This document shows positions 48,175-57,968 of a stretch of 64,000 nucleotides of DNA, piece after piece. Origin of the DNA: an uncultured virus (IMG/VR IMGVR_UViG_2687453182_000005) (lineage: Duplodnaviria; Heunggongvirae; Uroviricota; Caudoviricetes). Position numbers and translations under genes: made by a program. The stretch lies in the IMG/VR virus record IMGVR_UViG_2687453182_000005, one strand, 5' to 3'. The notes under the pieces were generated by a model. It was given only the letters and a program-made list of their open reading frames with translations, ran no database searches and had not been told where the DNA came from. Every line of letters starts with the position of its first letter. Within the stretch, counting starts at the first letter, position 1.

Positions 48175-48360
48175 ACCATTTCGGTGATATCAACAAAATG
48201 GTAGAAATAAAAAAAGACCGCCTAAGCGATCTTCTGAATGAGTTGTTCGGAATAACCGAACATGTGAACTATCCGGAAATTCCGGAGAGTTGGATTACCA
48301 CAATGCAAATAAGCACTCTGGATAAATATCAAAAACTTATTCCCTCGAATTCGGGGGGAT
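48175..48360. repeat. Four different short palindromes in the late leader
   Basis: 48175-48202, 48244-48262, 48267-48291 and 48339-48360. Confidence 0.7.
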
Positions 48361-48447
48361 TAAAATAGAAAGCCCCAAGTGTATCGCAAACCAGATTTCT
48401 CCGCTCTGCGTAGGGACTATGAGGGGCACTGTTCGGATTTCAGATAC

Positions 48448-48540
48448 AAAAAAGCCCGATATCTCTATCAGGCTTTCAGTGCTCTTTGTTTTACTGCCCG
48501 AGCATATCACAAACTATACACATAAAATTCGCATTTGCAA
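48448..48540 (-). promoter_or_regulatory. Prophage pR' late promoter and tR' terminator
   Basis: TTGCAA-16-TATAGT, then GCCTGATA..TATCGGGC-TTTTTT. Confidence 0.65.
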
Positions 48541-48556
48541 TATATATTTTAAATAT

Positions 48557-49171
48557 TTATGAAATCAGACATAACTCCCTTTCTAATTCATGTTTCATTG
48601 CGTAAAACATCTCCTCTTCAAGAATGCTTTCCGCCCAGCCGATCCTCCTCACCGCTTGCTGTATGCTGATTTTAGTTTGATAACTCAATTCACGCGCCAT
48701 CTTTTGCGGGTATTTGCGCTCACAATATCGTTTAATAGCTACATGACGAATCGGATTGTTTTTAGCAAATGTTTTCGTTATTACATTTTCCACAAAAGCG
48801 GCATCATCTGATTCTTTGGCGAGAGCAATGAGGTCGCTTATTTTATTTTTAGGATTTAATATCTCATGTGACTTTTTGAATAATTCCTCTCCTTGATAAC
48901 CCATTTTATGTAAATCATTAACCACCTTGATTATTCTTTCACCCTCAGTTTCGCTCCATTCCGTCCTAATCATTAATCGTCCAATGACGCTACCTGATCC
49001 TGATTCTGGATAATCATTGCCACCATATTCCTTTCCCCACGTCATTAACATGTAGCGAATCCAGACTCGCTTACTGTCTAATGCGTTTTTTCGATTAGAA
49101 CCCCAAACTCGTCTTAGCTCATTTTTGCTTGAGTAAAGAGACAGTAGATTGAACGGATCACATTCCCTCAT
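48557..49171 (-). CDS. Late antiterminator Q
   Basis: Between the nin region and lysis cassette; W.R..L..WG motif. Confidence 0.7.
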   Translation of the reverse strand: MRECDPFNLLSLYSSKNELRRVWGSNRKNALDSKRVWIRYMLMTWGKEYGGNDYPESGSGSVIGRLMIRTEWSETEGERIIKVVNDLHKMGYQGEELFKKSHEILNPKNKISDLIALAKESDDAAFVENVITKTFAKNNPIRHVAIKRYCERKYPQKMARELSYQTKISIQQAVRRIGWAESILEEEMFYAMKHELERELCLIS

Positions 49172-49371
49172 CTCGCCTCCGGTAATACTGTGTGATTATG
49201 GCAGTCGTAGCGTGTGCTAAATGACTTTCTGAGTAATGCCTCTCTCGACATGCCGACCTCCTGCCTAACCGATAAGAAGCCGTTTCTTTTTTGAGTGACG
49301 ACATGATGATGCTTTGTTTGTTGCCTAAGCCACCTAGCCTCTTCAATGGCTGCGCGGATATCAGTAAACAT
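49168..49371 (-). CDS. Hypothetical nin-region protein
   Basis: Coupled between ninG and Q. Confidence 0.5.
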   Translation of the reverse strand: MFTDIRAAIEEARWLRQQTKHHHVVTQKRNGFLSVRQEVGMSREALLRKSFSTRYDCHNHTVLPEAR

Positions 49372-49991
49372 TAAGCCACCTCCGAATATTTATCCTTTCG
49401 CCTTTTCTCATACCAACGGGCCCTACGAGTGAATATTGATTTCATTCGCTTGAGATATTCGATGTCGAATTTACGGACCGTGTTATCGTGCTCTAAACGA
49501 GTTACTCGCTCTTCGCCGATTTTATTGATGAGATTAATGCGATACGGGATGAGATTTCCTGACAGGTCCCTATTGCAGTGAACACAGCCAGCGTGAATAT
49601 TGAGTAAATTAAATCTTAAATGACTTGCCGAACCCCTTGATCTGTAATGACTAGCATCTACGGACCCACCTCTTACTCCATAATTTAAGGGCCGACCGCA
49701 AGCGATGCATGGCTGACCATAGTCTCGCCAAAATATGTATTTATTTACTGCCGCTTGGGCCTCTTTGTTCCAGTCTGATTTTGTCTTTAACTTTTCCTTT
49801 CTGGCCCGCAATATTTTTCTTTCCTCAGATAAACGTTTCTTACGGCCCTTTTCTTCGGTCCGTTTAATTTCATTTGAGGCGAATTTTATTGCGCAGGATG
49901 TGGAACAAACTTTTTGGGTGGATAGGTAGGGAATGAATTCTTTGTTGCAGACTTTACAGGTTTTGAGCTTCGGCTTTTTAGCCTTCGCCAC
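49371..49991 (-). CDS. ninG: NinG/Rap endonuclease
   Basis: CKVC..F.P..S.QKVC, PCI.CG, DA.HYRSRG..HLRF...N motifs. Confidence 0.9.
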   Translation of the reverse strand: MAKAKKPKLKTCKVCNKEFIPYLSTQKVCSTSCAIKFASNEIKRTEEKGRKKRLSEERKILRARKEKLKTKSDWNKEAQAAVNKYIFWRDYGQPCIACGRPLNYGVRGGSVDASHYRSRGSASHLRFNLLNIHAGCVHCNRDLSGNLIPYRINLINKIGEERVTRLEHDNTVRKFDIEYLKRMKSIFTRRARWYEKRRKDKYSEVA

Positions 49992-50106
49992 TCTTTTCCT
50001 CCTTGATTTTATCCATCACTTCCAAATGAGCGTATTCATCAGCACACTGAGCACACACGTAAATTTCATCATCTGTTAGCGGTCTATTGCATGATTGGCA
50101 GTTCAT
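49978..50106 (-). CDS. NinF-like Zn-finger protein (42 aa)
   Basis: [24 protein letters not shown]. Confidence 0.6.
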   Translation of the reverse strand: MNCQSCNRPLTDDEIYVCAQCADEYAHLEVMDKIKEEKSGEG

Positions 50107-50765
50107 TTGATTTGCCTCATGGTTAGCCCATAACCAAACACCGCCCCAGTATCGATGTATTCCTGATTAGCGCGCTTTTCGATACCTTTAATCATTGGTG
50201 TGTGACCAAATAGAAATAGGTCCGCACCTTTAATCTCACGCACATTCTCGTCGCCAATACGCTCACGACTCCAAATTACATACCGTTCATCAACTGGTTT
50301 ACCGAAATCATATTCATCGGATGGATAATCAGCGTGTGCAATGACTGTCTTTTTGCCATCAGCGTTTACTTCGATAATCAGTGGCAGTTGCTCCGCTTTA
50401 GCTAAACAGGCTCTAGATAAAACTTCGTTATCGTAGTCCTGCATGAAAAACCAAAGGCCACCATTCATCATCCAGCAATCTCTATTGCCTTTGTGCATAA
50501 CAACATCAATCGCCATTTGCTCATGATTGCCACGTACAGCCCTAAACCATTTTTCATTAATCAGGTCTAGGCATTCTACGTTTCGATCCCCCCTATCGAT
50601 TAGGTCACCGACTGAAATTAATAAATCTTTTTCTTTATCAAAATCAATTTGTTGTAATTTTTCATTCAGCAAATCAAAGCATCCATGAATATCACCAACC
50701 ACCCAAATATGCCGATATTGATCACCATTAATTCGGAGGTAAATCCCATTGCGTTCTTCTGTCAT
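50103..50765 (-). CDS. Ser/Thr protein phosphatase (lambda NinI-like)
   Basis: GDIHG, GDLIDRG, RGNHE and GHTP motifs. Confidence 0.9.
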   Translation of the reverse strand: MTEERNGIYLRINGDQYRHIWVVGDIHGCFDLLNEKLQQIDFDKEKDLLISVGDLIDRGDRNVECLDLINEKWFRAVRGNHEQMAIDVVMHKGNRDCWMMNGGLWFFMQDYDNEVLSRACLAKAEQLPLIIEVNADGKKTVIAHADYPSDEYDFGKPVDERYVIWSRERIGDENVREIKGADLFLFGHTPMIKGIEKRANQEYIDTGAVFGYGLTMRQIK

Positions 50766-50980
50766 TTCTCTAGCTCCCACTCCGCAAGTGTAATAACAAG
50801 CATCGGATTACTGCTGCTTTCAATTGTTAGCATTGCCTCATACGCTAAATTCTCTTTAAATTTGCGCTTTAATAGCCCTGCACACTTCCTGACGGCTTCA
50901 TTAGACTTATGGATAGCCCAACATAGCTTTAACGTTGTTAATGCGCTCATAAACGCTTCTGCTTCGTTTTTCATCTCCAC
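50762..50980 (-). CDS. Hypothetical nin-region protein
   Basis: Coupled ORF. Confidence 0.5.
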   Translation of the reverse strand: MEMKNEAEAFMSALTTLKLCWAIHKSNEAVRKCAGLLKRKFKENLAYEAMLTIESSSNPMLVITLAEWELEK

Positions 50981-51168
50981 ATCCTATTAATCATTGCTCG
51001 TGGTGTTGGCTTGAGCCATTTTTGGGTGGGTAGGTTGACTGATACATCGAAATACTGAGGGTTAATATTGAGTATCTTTACTGGTGAATAACCTTGTCGC
51101 CTGTAGTGCTCACAAAGTCTTTCTGCTTCTTCGTAAGTGAGAAGCCTGTATATGTGGGGTTCTTTCAT
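50971..51168 (-). CDS. Hypothetical nin-region protein
   Basis: Coupled ORF. Confidence 0.5.
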   Translation of the reverse strand: MKEPHIYRLLTYEEAERLCEHYRRQGYSPVKILNINPQYFDVSVNLPTQKWLKPTPRAMINRMWR

Positions 51169-51308
51169 TTTCTCGCCCTCCGCTTCTGGGCTGCTGGCTT
51201 CTCTTTGGGTTCTTCGTTGTCAATTTGCTTACCTTGTGGCTACAAACACTGTGGGATTACTTCCATCCATTTTTTCATTTGCTCAAGTGCGTTAGTTCGC
51301 TTTGCCAT
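51165..51308 (-). pseudogene. Small nin-region ORF with internal TAG (51240-51242)
   Basis: MAKRTNALEQMKKWMEVIPQCL*PQGKQ...RRARK; coupled to neighbours at both ends. Confidence 0.5.
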
Positions 51309-51502
51309 TATTTTTTATTCCTCCGCTTCTTGGCTGCTCGGTTTATCTTTGCGTGACCTGTGATGCGCTTAGTTGATGTGGGGTAGCTGTATACTTGGCG
51401 TTCATCCTCCATAACCCACGGGCTGAGTTGCTTTGAATTTTGGGCTATCGAAAAACCTATTCGACCGCATAAATTTGCCACCGCTATTTGTAATCTATTC
51501 AT
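51308..51502 (-). CDS. Hypothetical basic protein
   Basis: TG.AKINRAAKKRRN C-terminus. Confidence 0.5.
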   Translation of the reverse strand: MNRLQIAVANLCGRIGFSIAQNSKQLSPWVMEDERQVYSYPTSTKRITGHAKINRAAKKRRNKK

Positions 51503-51522
51503 CTCTCTTGCTGCTCCTTGAG

Positions 51523-51966
51523 TTATTCCCTGTGCCCGTAGTAGTTATATTCATAACGAGTTGTACGCAGCTTCACGCCGCTTTCTACCGCCCAAGCTGT
51601 CGAGTATTCAATTAAGCTACTCATGCGCTTCTTGCCCATCTGAGACGTGCTCTCGCGAATGTTTAATAGCTCGCCTTCGATGCCGCGAATTAACGGTGAC
51701 TCTTTCGCCCCTGTCGTAACCATCCAGTGACCAGACACAAAGACATTCTTCCACTGCCATAATTTCAGTGGTTCATTGTTGAGGGTCATTTGCTTTGATA
51801 CATCACCACATAGCGCATGAAACATGTCGTTCTGCGGTAGTGTTCGGCTGGATTCTGAGATTTTTACTTCTAGGGGGAATTCTTCGTTGAGGGGTAAATT
51901 ATCTAGTACGGATTTAAGGTTTTTTAGTATCTGGGTATTCCTGAGTAGGAATGTTTGCTTCTGCAT
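51523..51966 (-). CDS. ninB: NinB/Orf recombination protein
   Basis: RTL.QN...HA...D.S.Q, WK..F and STS.M....MS.LIE motifs. Confidence 0.85.
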   Translation of the reverse strand: MQKQTFLLRNTQILKNLKSVLDNLPLNEEFPLEVKISESSRTLPQNDMFHALCGDVSKQMTLNNEPLKLWQWKNVFVSGHWMVTTGAKESPLIRGIEGELLNIRESTSQMGKKRMSSLIEYSTAWAVESGVKLRTTRYEYNYYGHRE

Positions 51967-52127
51967 TATCCCTCCTGTATTTAATGTTATATCTCCACAG
52001 TGTCATGCCACATCGAGAGCAAAAGAAATATGATCCGCTATTACAGCAGTTTTCTTGCTTTTCGAATTTATGACCAGTGAAAAAACACCTAATCGTCGTG
52101 ATTGCTGAAATGCTCATGGTTTATCAC

Positions 52128-52271
52128 TCACTGTTAGCTCTCCAATATGATAAAACCCTGACACCAACACTTAGGGCACATTGAGTTTTTGAATTCAGGC
52201 GGATGCAGTCTTTCACTTTTGAGATGGATATGACCACACCCTACACATTTAATTTTCACTGTTAGCTCTCC
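52128..52271 (-). repeat. 16-bp direct repeats flanking a 41-aa CxxC mini-gene
   Basis: TCACTGTTAGCTCTCC at 52128-52143 and 52256-52271; enclosed ORF MKIKCVGCGH...MCPKCWCQG. Confidence 0.7.
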
Positions 52272-52375
52272 TGTTCCATGCTGCTACAGCTCCCACCATT
52301 GGTATTTTTGCTTAGCTTGTAAAATTAGTTCTTGCCAAATTGCTATAGCTTCTAGTCTTAATTTGCGTTCGTTCA

Positions 52376-52633
52376 TCATTCACCCTCTGGCATTGGTGGG
52401 CTAAGCATTGGTCGCCAATGAGTTATCATTGAGTAGTCATCATCCTCTATGAAATCCTCACCACAGCTTATGTAATTATCGAATGAGATTGACCATGTCC
52501 AACCTTCTCCGCATGTATCAGAACGCATAAAAACATGGTATACAAACTCTTCACCTCTGAACCATCCAGCAAATACTGGTGTTTCCATGTCTGGTAGTGA
52601 ATCACTACACTTAACCCAATTAGCTCTCTGCAT
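52376..52633 (-). CDS. DUF551-like protein
   Basis: WVKCSD.LP ... ITHW.PM..PP. Confidence 0.7.
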   Translation of the reverse strand: MQRANWVKCSDSLPDMETPVFAGWFRGEEFVYHVFMRSDTCGEGWTWSISFDNYISCGEDFIEDDDYSMITHWRPMLSPPMPEGE

Positions 52634-52696
52634 TAGATGCTCCCCACGGTCTGTTTGATTCTTGAAATCTAAGCATTTCATCACTCAACACCTCTC

Positions 52697-52930
52697 TTAA
52701 TTGCCAGCCATAAACTCACACTTGCTAACTCGCATGTATGCCTTGCCCCGTGGAAAACATCTATCCAATTTTCTTCTCAGTGGAGTAACTTTAATTTTAA
52801 GAGGGGTTTCTGACATATTTATGAGTGGGTTATTTATCCACTGCTGGTTATCAATTAATCTATCGTAATTTTTGTAGCAGTAGTCTATATCTGGATATGG
52901 ATAATCCTTGTGAAACAATATTCCTTTCAT
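52697..52930 (-). CDS. Hypothetical protein
   Basis: GAGG SD after the helicase gene. Confidence 0.45.
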   Translation of the reverse strand: MKGILFHKDYPYPDIDYCYKNYDRLIDNQQWINNPLINMSETPLKIKVTPLRRKLDRCFPRGKAYMRVSKCEFMAGN

Positions 52931-52949
52931 CTAAAAATCCTCTTGCGTG

Positions 52950-54320
52950 TTAAACGTTGGCACCTTGGAATCGGCGTTGCTGTGGTCTGCTACTTTGTTG
53001 ACAGATGCTTGATGCCTGCGCCTGATCAGTATCAAGAAAGTGACCGTTTTTAAATAATTGATAAACCGTACCCAGTTTCCCGAATCGGTTTTTTGTCACA
53101 ATTATTTCTGCGTAATCTGCTGCAGGGGAGTTCTCGTTATAAACTGCATCACGGTAAAGCATGATGATGCTATCTGCATCTTGCTCTACACTTCCTGAGT
53201 CTCTTAAATCCGCATTGGTAGGTCGTTTGTTAGGTCTCTTTTCAACATCACGAGATAGCTGGCTTAGTGAAATAACAGGAGTTCTGATATTTTTAGCCAA
53301 CCCTTTCAACGTTGCTGAAATATGAGCAATAGCCAAATCGTTACGCTCTGCACGAGGCTTCTCAATCAACCCTAAGTAATCAACCATGATTAACGATAAT
53401 TCAGGGTGACGTTTCTTGTGTCGTGTTGAAATTGCAGTGATTTGTTCAACGGTTAACTTACTGGCATCGACAACCCAAACATTCAGTCCAAGTAAATTAC
53501 CTGCCCCCATTGATACCCTGCCCCAATCTTCGTCACTCATACGAGATGGGTTTCTCAATGCGCTAACAGATAGGTTTGCTGATCCTGCAATCTGACGCTC
53601 TACGATTTGCTGAGAGTCCATTTCCATCGAGAAAATTAAAACACCTTTCTTGGTGTCAGTGCCGATAACATTTTGAGACGCAACGCCTTCTGTAATTTTC
53701 AGTGCGATTTCTGTTTTACCCATTCCTGGTCGAGCGGCGATAATGACCAAATCAACAGGGTTGATGCCTCCCATAATTTCATCTAATTCGCGGATCCCCG
53801 TTTTTAGTGTGTCCGACTCCTCGCCTTTGTTAACACGTTCTTGTAAAACTTCCGTGTAATCTTCGATTAACGATGAAACATGAACGGGAGCAATATCACC
53901 TTTCGAGGAATGCATATCAGATGCCTGAGCAAGAAAACTTTCCATTGCCTCACTGGCTTGCTCAATGGTTCCGTTTTCAATCACACCACGCACAGAATCC
54001 ATTAACTGGATCATTGCTCTACGGTTATGATTATCGGTCACCATCTTGGCATAGCCTTTTAGGTTGGCTGCGCTAGGGCAATCCTTGGCTGTTTGAATGA
54101 TGTTTGCTAGGTGTTCACTTCCCATTCCTTCAGCAACCATCATCATATCGATGACACCGCGAGACTTGGCTTGTTTTTGAATAACTTGATAGGCTTCTCG
54201 ATAGAACCTAACTGAAAATGATTCAGGCTCTAAAGTGGCCAAAACATCCGAGGCATCAGGTGTTAACCCTGAAATTAACAAACCTCCAATAACACTTGCT
54301 TCAAATTCCGTATTGATCAC
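52950..54320 (-). CDS. Phage replicative DnaB-family helicase
   Basis: [24 protein letters not shown] and [13 protein letters not shown] motifs. Confidence 0.95.
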   Translation of the reverse strand: MINTEFEASVIGGLLISGLTPDASDVLATLEPESFSVRFYREAYQVIQKQAKSRGVIDMMMVAEGMGSEHLANIIQTAKDCPSAANLKGYAKMVTDNHNRRAMIQLMDSVRGVIENGTIEQASEAMESFLAQASDMHSSKGDIAPVHVSSLIEDYTEVLQERVNKGEESDTLKTGIRELDEIMGGINPVDLVIIAARPGMGKTEIALKITEGVASQNVIGTDTKKGVLIFSMEMDSQQIVERQIAGSANLSVSALRNPSRMSDEDWGRVSMGAGNLLGLNVWVVDASKLTVEQITAISTRHKKRHPELSLIMVDYLGLIEKPRAERNDLAIAHISATLKGLAKNIRTPVISLSQLSRDVEKRPNKRPTNADLRDSGSVEQDADSIIMLYRDAVYNENSPAADYAEIIVTKNRFGKLGTVYQLFKNGHFLDTDQAQASSICQQSSRPQQRRFQGANV

Positions 54321-55154
54321 TTAAAACCCCCTGTCAGCAAATTTACCTTCTCGAACACCTGTCAGCGTTGTTTCTCTTAGCAGATAATCAATATCAGCCG
54401 TCCAGCCTGTATCGTTTTCACCAAAATAAAATGGCTTAGCCATCCGCACAAAGGCTCTAACGTAGGCTCTCCAACCATCAACGTTTGCCGTTGCAAGGTT
54501 TTTGATTATCTTCCTGATCCGTGTTTTACGTTTCTCGTTAGCTTCCACAGCATGAGGCAGTCTGTCACCAACTTCCTCGTTGTAGGCATTGAGATATTCA
54601 TCGTAGTTAATTGGAGTTGATTTTCTCTTGGTAGGTTTTGCCGATTCTCCCCCTTTCACCTCGTGAGGGGTAAGGGGTGTATTACTTTCTTTCTTTTCTT
54701 TTGTAATAGTTTCTTTTGTGTTTAGCTGACTTGGCTTATGTGAATTAGCCGTTTTAGCTAATGTTTTATTAGCTGACTTAGCTAATGTTTCGCTAACTTG
54801 GCTAATATTGAAATTCCACTCAGTAAAATCTTTGTTAATTCCAATTTTATTACCTGATGAAATAACAATATTCATAGCAATCATTTCATTCTTCGCTTTG
54901 CAAACATGAGTATGATGAATGCCCGTCATTTCAGCTATTTGAGTATTTGTAATACGGTCTAACTTTTTGCCGAAGCCGTATGTCTTTCTGATGATCGCCA
55001 TAACGACTTTTAGTTGTCTTGCTGTTAAATCTGCACACATAACAGCTTCAAATAGGTCGTTGGCTATTCTTGTGTAACCATCTTCAAGATTTGCCACTGT
55101 TGACCTCTCTTGCCGTCGTTGATTACCAAAATCTGCATATGCAACATTACTCAT
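54321..55154 (-). CDS. Replication initiator O-like
   Basis: LEDGYTRIAN.L and RKTYG..KK.DRI motifs. Confidence 0.9.
   Translation of the reverse strand: MSNVAYADFGNQRRQERSTVANLEDGYTRIANDLFEAVMCADLTARQLKVVMAIIRKTYGFGKKLDRITNTQIAEMTGIHHTHVCKAKNEMIAMNIVISSGNKIGINKDFTEWNFNISQVSETLAKSANKTLAKTANSHKPSQLNTKETITKEKKESNTPLTPHEVKGGESAKPTKRKSTPINYDEYLNAYNEEVGDRLPHAVEANEKRKTRIRKIIKNLATANVDGWRAYVRAFVRMAKPFYFGENDTGWTADIDYLLRETTLTGVREGKFADRGF
54722..54805. repeat. Origin iterons within O
   Basis: Four TTAGC-N7-GCTAA-like units next to an A-rich tract. Confidence 0.8.
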
Positions 55155-55323
55155 GCGATCCTCCTAGTAATTTCTCACGATGCTCATTTCTCAATTTTGC
55201 ATCTTCAAATGCTTCCTTTAGACGCTTACTTCCTAACGGTGTCACTTCTCGTAACGTCTTATCTCGCATGATGTTTTTATGCACTTCGTGACGATTAAAC
55301 CAATGATTAACTTTCTTCTTCAT
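55147..55323 (-). CDS. Hypothetical protein between cII and O (58 aa)
   Basis: MKKKVNHWFNRHEVHK...; overlaps the O start. Confidence 0.55.
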   Translation of the reverse strand: MKKKVNHWFNRHEVHKNIMRDKTLREVTPLGSKRLKEAFEDAKLRNEHREKLLGGSHE

Positions 55324-55390
55324 GGTATAATTCCCTTATTCCTAAGCTGTATCAGCAAAAGGAAAGCTAAAAATCAGCTTCCCTTTAATA

Positions 55391-55406
55391 CTGGTTATTG
55401 ATACAG
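55391..55406. promoter_or_regulatory. Candidate LexA box in the oop-equivalent region
   Basis: CTGTATCAATAACCAG on the minus strand. Confidence 0.55.
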
Positions 55407-55414
55407 TGTATTTG

Positions 55415-55795
55415 TTAGTTGAACAGACCTAATTGTTCTTCTCTAAAGGCCTCAGTTGTTCCAGCAATTGAGGCTTTTTCATATGCATGAACTTGAAGTT
55501 TTAATCTCGATAGTTCAGCCATATTTTCTAAATAGAGTTTGTAGTCTGATTCTCTGATAACCTTCTCTCCTTCCCTCACAAAACCAATTACACGACGTGT
55601 AGCAAGCATTTCGCATACACCATCAATAGATTGGATTCTTCTTGAGATAGTCGAGTCTGAGCGCGATGTGGCTTGTGCAATTTCTCGCTGATCCCCATCA
55701 CGTAATATTTGAAGTGCGCTACTTACTAAGTGGCGTGTTCTAAATTCAATAGCTCGTTTGTCACGAACTGTTTTGCATGTGTTTCCGTATTCCAT
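55415..55795 (-). CDS. CII-like activator
   Basis: Position after cro; QREIA...SDSTISR HTH. Confidence 0.7.
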   Translation of the reverse strand: MEYGNTCKTVRDKRAIEFRTRHLVSSALQILRDGDQREIAQATSRSDSTISRRIQSIDGVCEMLATRRVIGFVREGEKVIRESDYKLYLENMAELSRLKLQVHAYEKASIAGTTEAFREEQLGLFN

Positions 55796-55921
55796 TTGTT
55801 AAATTCCTTCTTAGATTACTTCCCATATTGGGAACAGCAGTAATGATCCGTGGCTCACTCCATATGAGCGGATTGTTGATAATAATTTGCCGATTGAGGT
55901 CAAAAGGCACTGCACGAATTT

Positions 55922-55930
55922 TTAAAGAGC
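55922..55930 (-). promoter_or_regulatory. nutR boxA
   Basis: GCTCTTTAA immediately after cro. Confidence 0.7.
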
Positions 55931-55938
55931 GGGTGAAG

Positions 55939-56166
55939 CTAAGCGGCCAGTTCAGGCCAATTTTTTATCCAATCAGTTGGGTATAGGTCTTTTCTAGTTA
56001 CTTTTGAATTGCTGTTTTTTTCGATTAATACGCAAAGCTCTGTTCCTAGTTTTGAACCTTTAGAAATTGCCTTTCTTAGGTACCCGATAGTTGTTCCGCA
56101 TTTATTGGCGAACTTTTCCTGTTCGGATACGGAAAGGGAATTTAAAAACATCCGTAACTTTTCCAT
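55939..56166 (-). CDS. Cro-like repressor
   Basis: FA..CGTT.GYLR..I, VTR.DL.P.DW..NWPELA motifs; divergent from cI. Confidence 0.85.
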   Translation of the reverse strand: MEKLRMFLNSLSVSEQEKFANKCGTTIGYLRKAISKGSKLGTELCVLIEKNSNSKVTRKDLYPTDWIKNWPELAA

Positions 56167-56200
56167 TTTTTTTCCTTTTTTACCTAAGCACTGATAAATA

Positions 56201-56252
56201 TACCCATAGGTAAACAAAATATCAATACCTACAGGCAATTTACCAGAAGGTA
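56201..56252. promoter_or_regulatory. OR operators (TACC-N4-GGTA, three sites)
   Basis: 56201-56212, 56226-56237 (one mismatch), 56241-56252; same motif at OL. Confidence 0.8.
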
Positions 56253-56273
56253 TTTTTGATAGATGATTTAGTT

Positions 56274-56972
56274 ATGAAAGATGAAAATGATTTGTATGAA
56301 AAAAGACGTCAAAAGCTAGCTGAACTTGTTTCCCGATATGAGACGCAAGAAGAGTTTTCTCGTGTCATAGGCAAAGATAAATCATATGTATCTAGGATGC
56401 TGTATCCACCGACAAAGGCTGGTTACAAGAGAATTGGGGATAAGATGGTTTTAGCTATTCAGAAAGCATTAGGGCTCCCTTCTGGATGGATGGATGGTAT
56501 AACAGAATCAGAATTCACCCCACCGCAACATAATGATAAGTTCAAGGTTGAAATACTAGACGTAGAGGCAAGTGCAGGCGCTGGCGTGATGGTTATCGAT
56601 GATTTTATCGAGACTATCACGGCTATTGAGTATTCAGCGGATGAAGCAAAAAGATTATTCGGTGGAAGACCTTCAAATACGATAAAGATGATCACTGTAA
56701 AAGGTGATTCGATGGCTGAAACGTTCGAACCTAGGGATCAGATATTCGTAGATATAACCACAAACTTTTTTGATGGTGATGGGATTTATGTGTTCGTATT
56801 GGATAACCAGCTCTACATAAAGCGATTGCAGAAACAGTATAAGCGCCTAGCAGTTATATCTGACAACCCTAGATATGAAACTTGGTATCTGGACGAAGAT
56901 GCTATTAATGGGCTTTATATATGCGCTAAGGTGCTAGTTAGCCAGTCTATTACCTATAAGTTCCACGGCTAA
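56274..56972 (+). CDS. CI repressor (HTH + S24)
   Basis: ASAG cleavage site, GDSM and YIKRL motifs. Confidence 0.9.
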   Translation: MKDENDLYEKRRQKLAELVSRYETQEEFSRVIGKDKSYVSRMLYPPTKAGYKRIGDKMVLAIQKALGLPSGWMDGITESEFTPPQHNDKFKVEILDVEASAGAGVMVIDDFIETITAIEYSADEAKRLFGGRPSNTIKMITVKGDSMAETFEPRDQIFVDITTNFFDGDGIYVFVLDNQLYIKRLQKQYKRLAVISDNPRYETWYLDEDAINGLYICAKVLVSQSITYKFHG

Positions 56973-57253
56973 CCCAATGGCCTGACGACACGTTTTAGGG
57001 TGTGGACATTAAGGTAAAAATATTTTCTTCGCCTTATCAACAGGTTTTGATAAATCGATCATAAATAAGGGAAATACATCTTAATTTTTATATTCACATA
57101 GTGTAAATTATCGCACCACTAAGAAAAGTTATTCACAGTTTTTCCAGTGAATCACTTGTAAAAGTGAGCTAGAACCATTATATATAGTGTATGAACAATT
57201 TTTAAGCTTAGTTCTATTTCACCTTTGCTTGTGGTTTAAATGTAAATTTACAA

Positions 57254-57646
57254 ATGCAAGAATTTAATATGACTGAAATTGAACAGGCTCGATTTGAAAA
57301 AATAGTTAATATTGTTAGAAATACACTAAACGATTTAACTGAATTATTTGTAGAATTTGGTATTGATGGAATGCATGAGTTAACAGATCCATCAATTGAG
57401 CAACTGAAAAAATTAGTTTCTCAAATGAATGGATATGCGAATGCATACGAAAAACATCTTTTATCTTCCGATGATGAAAATGCAATTTCAGCTAGAATGC
57501 TCCTACAAAATGTAAAACAAGGTTTGTTATACGCTGAATCCTTGCTGATTGGTGTTGAGAAATTCAATATCGATGCTTGCAATAAAGCGCATGATGATAT
57601 CAGAAAAAATACATTGATAACCCCAATGTGGAACAATCCTGAATAA
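57254..57646 (+). CDS. Hypothetical helical moron protein (rex position)
   Basis: AT-rich ORF between cI and pL. Confidence 0.65.
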   Translation: MQEFNMTEIEQARFEKIVNIVRNTLNDLTELFVEFGIDGMHELTDPSIEQLKKLVSQMNGYANAYEKHLLSSDDENAISARMLLQNVKQGLLYAESLLIGVEKFNIDACNKAHDDIRKNTLITPMWNNPE

Positions 57647-57705
57647 CTTAAATGAGGTAAGCCACTGCATCAATCAAGATGTGATGGAATGATGAGGAAC
57701 ATACT

Positions 57706-57810
57706 ATGACACAATTAAACAAATTATATGCCAGTGCATTAAAGCTTGAAAAAATTATGAGCGAAATCAAAGAACGTGCAGCTACTAAACGTAGTAAAAA
57801 AGTTGCGTAA
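57706..57810 (+). CDS. 34-aa basic peptide
   Basis: GAGGA SD; MTQLNKLYASALKLEKIMSEIKERAATKRSKKVA; followed by a terminator at about 57835-57862. Confidence 0.5.
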   Translation: MTQLNKLYASALKLEKIMSEIKERAATKRSKKVA

Positions 57811-57968
57811 TAACTGGTAGACCCATAGATTTATAAAAAGCCCTCCTCGCGAGGGCTTTTTTGTACCCTCTCCCCTCCAAAGAAGTGATCTCCATTCCAA
57901 TCTGAGATTTATTTGAAAATAAATTACCTGAAAAATCATATAGGTAAACATTAATCACCAACATTGTT

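Noticed and set aside
48129..48368. 79-aa plus-strand ORF
   Set aside because: No RBS, crosses a terminator-like hairpin, built from palindromes; kept only as a DNA-level observation.
48105..48440. Phage tRNA genes in the late leader
   Set aside because: Hairpins are present but I could not build a cloverleaf with T-loop and CCA.
45485..51242. TAG recoding (alternative genetic code)
   Set aside because: Other genes end normally in TAG, long genes lack internal TAG, and no suppressor tRNA is seen.
54722..54805. Novel repeat array
   Set aside because: Explained as standard lambdoid origin iterons within O.
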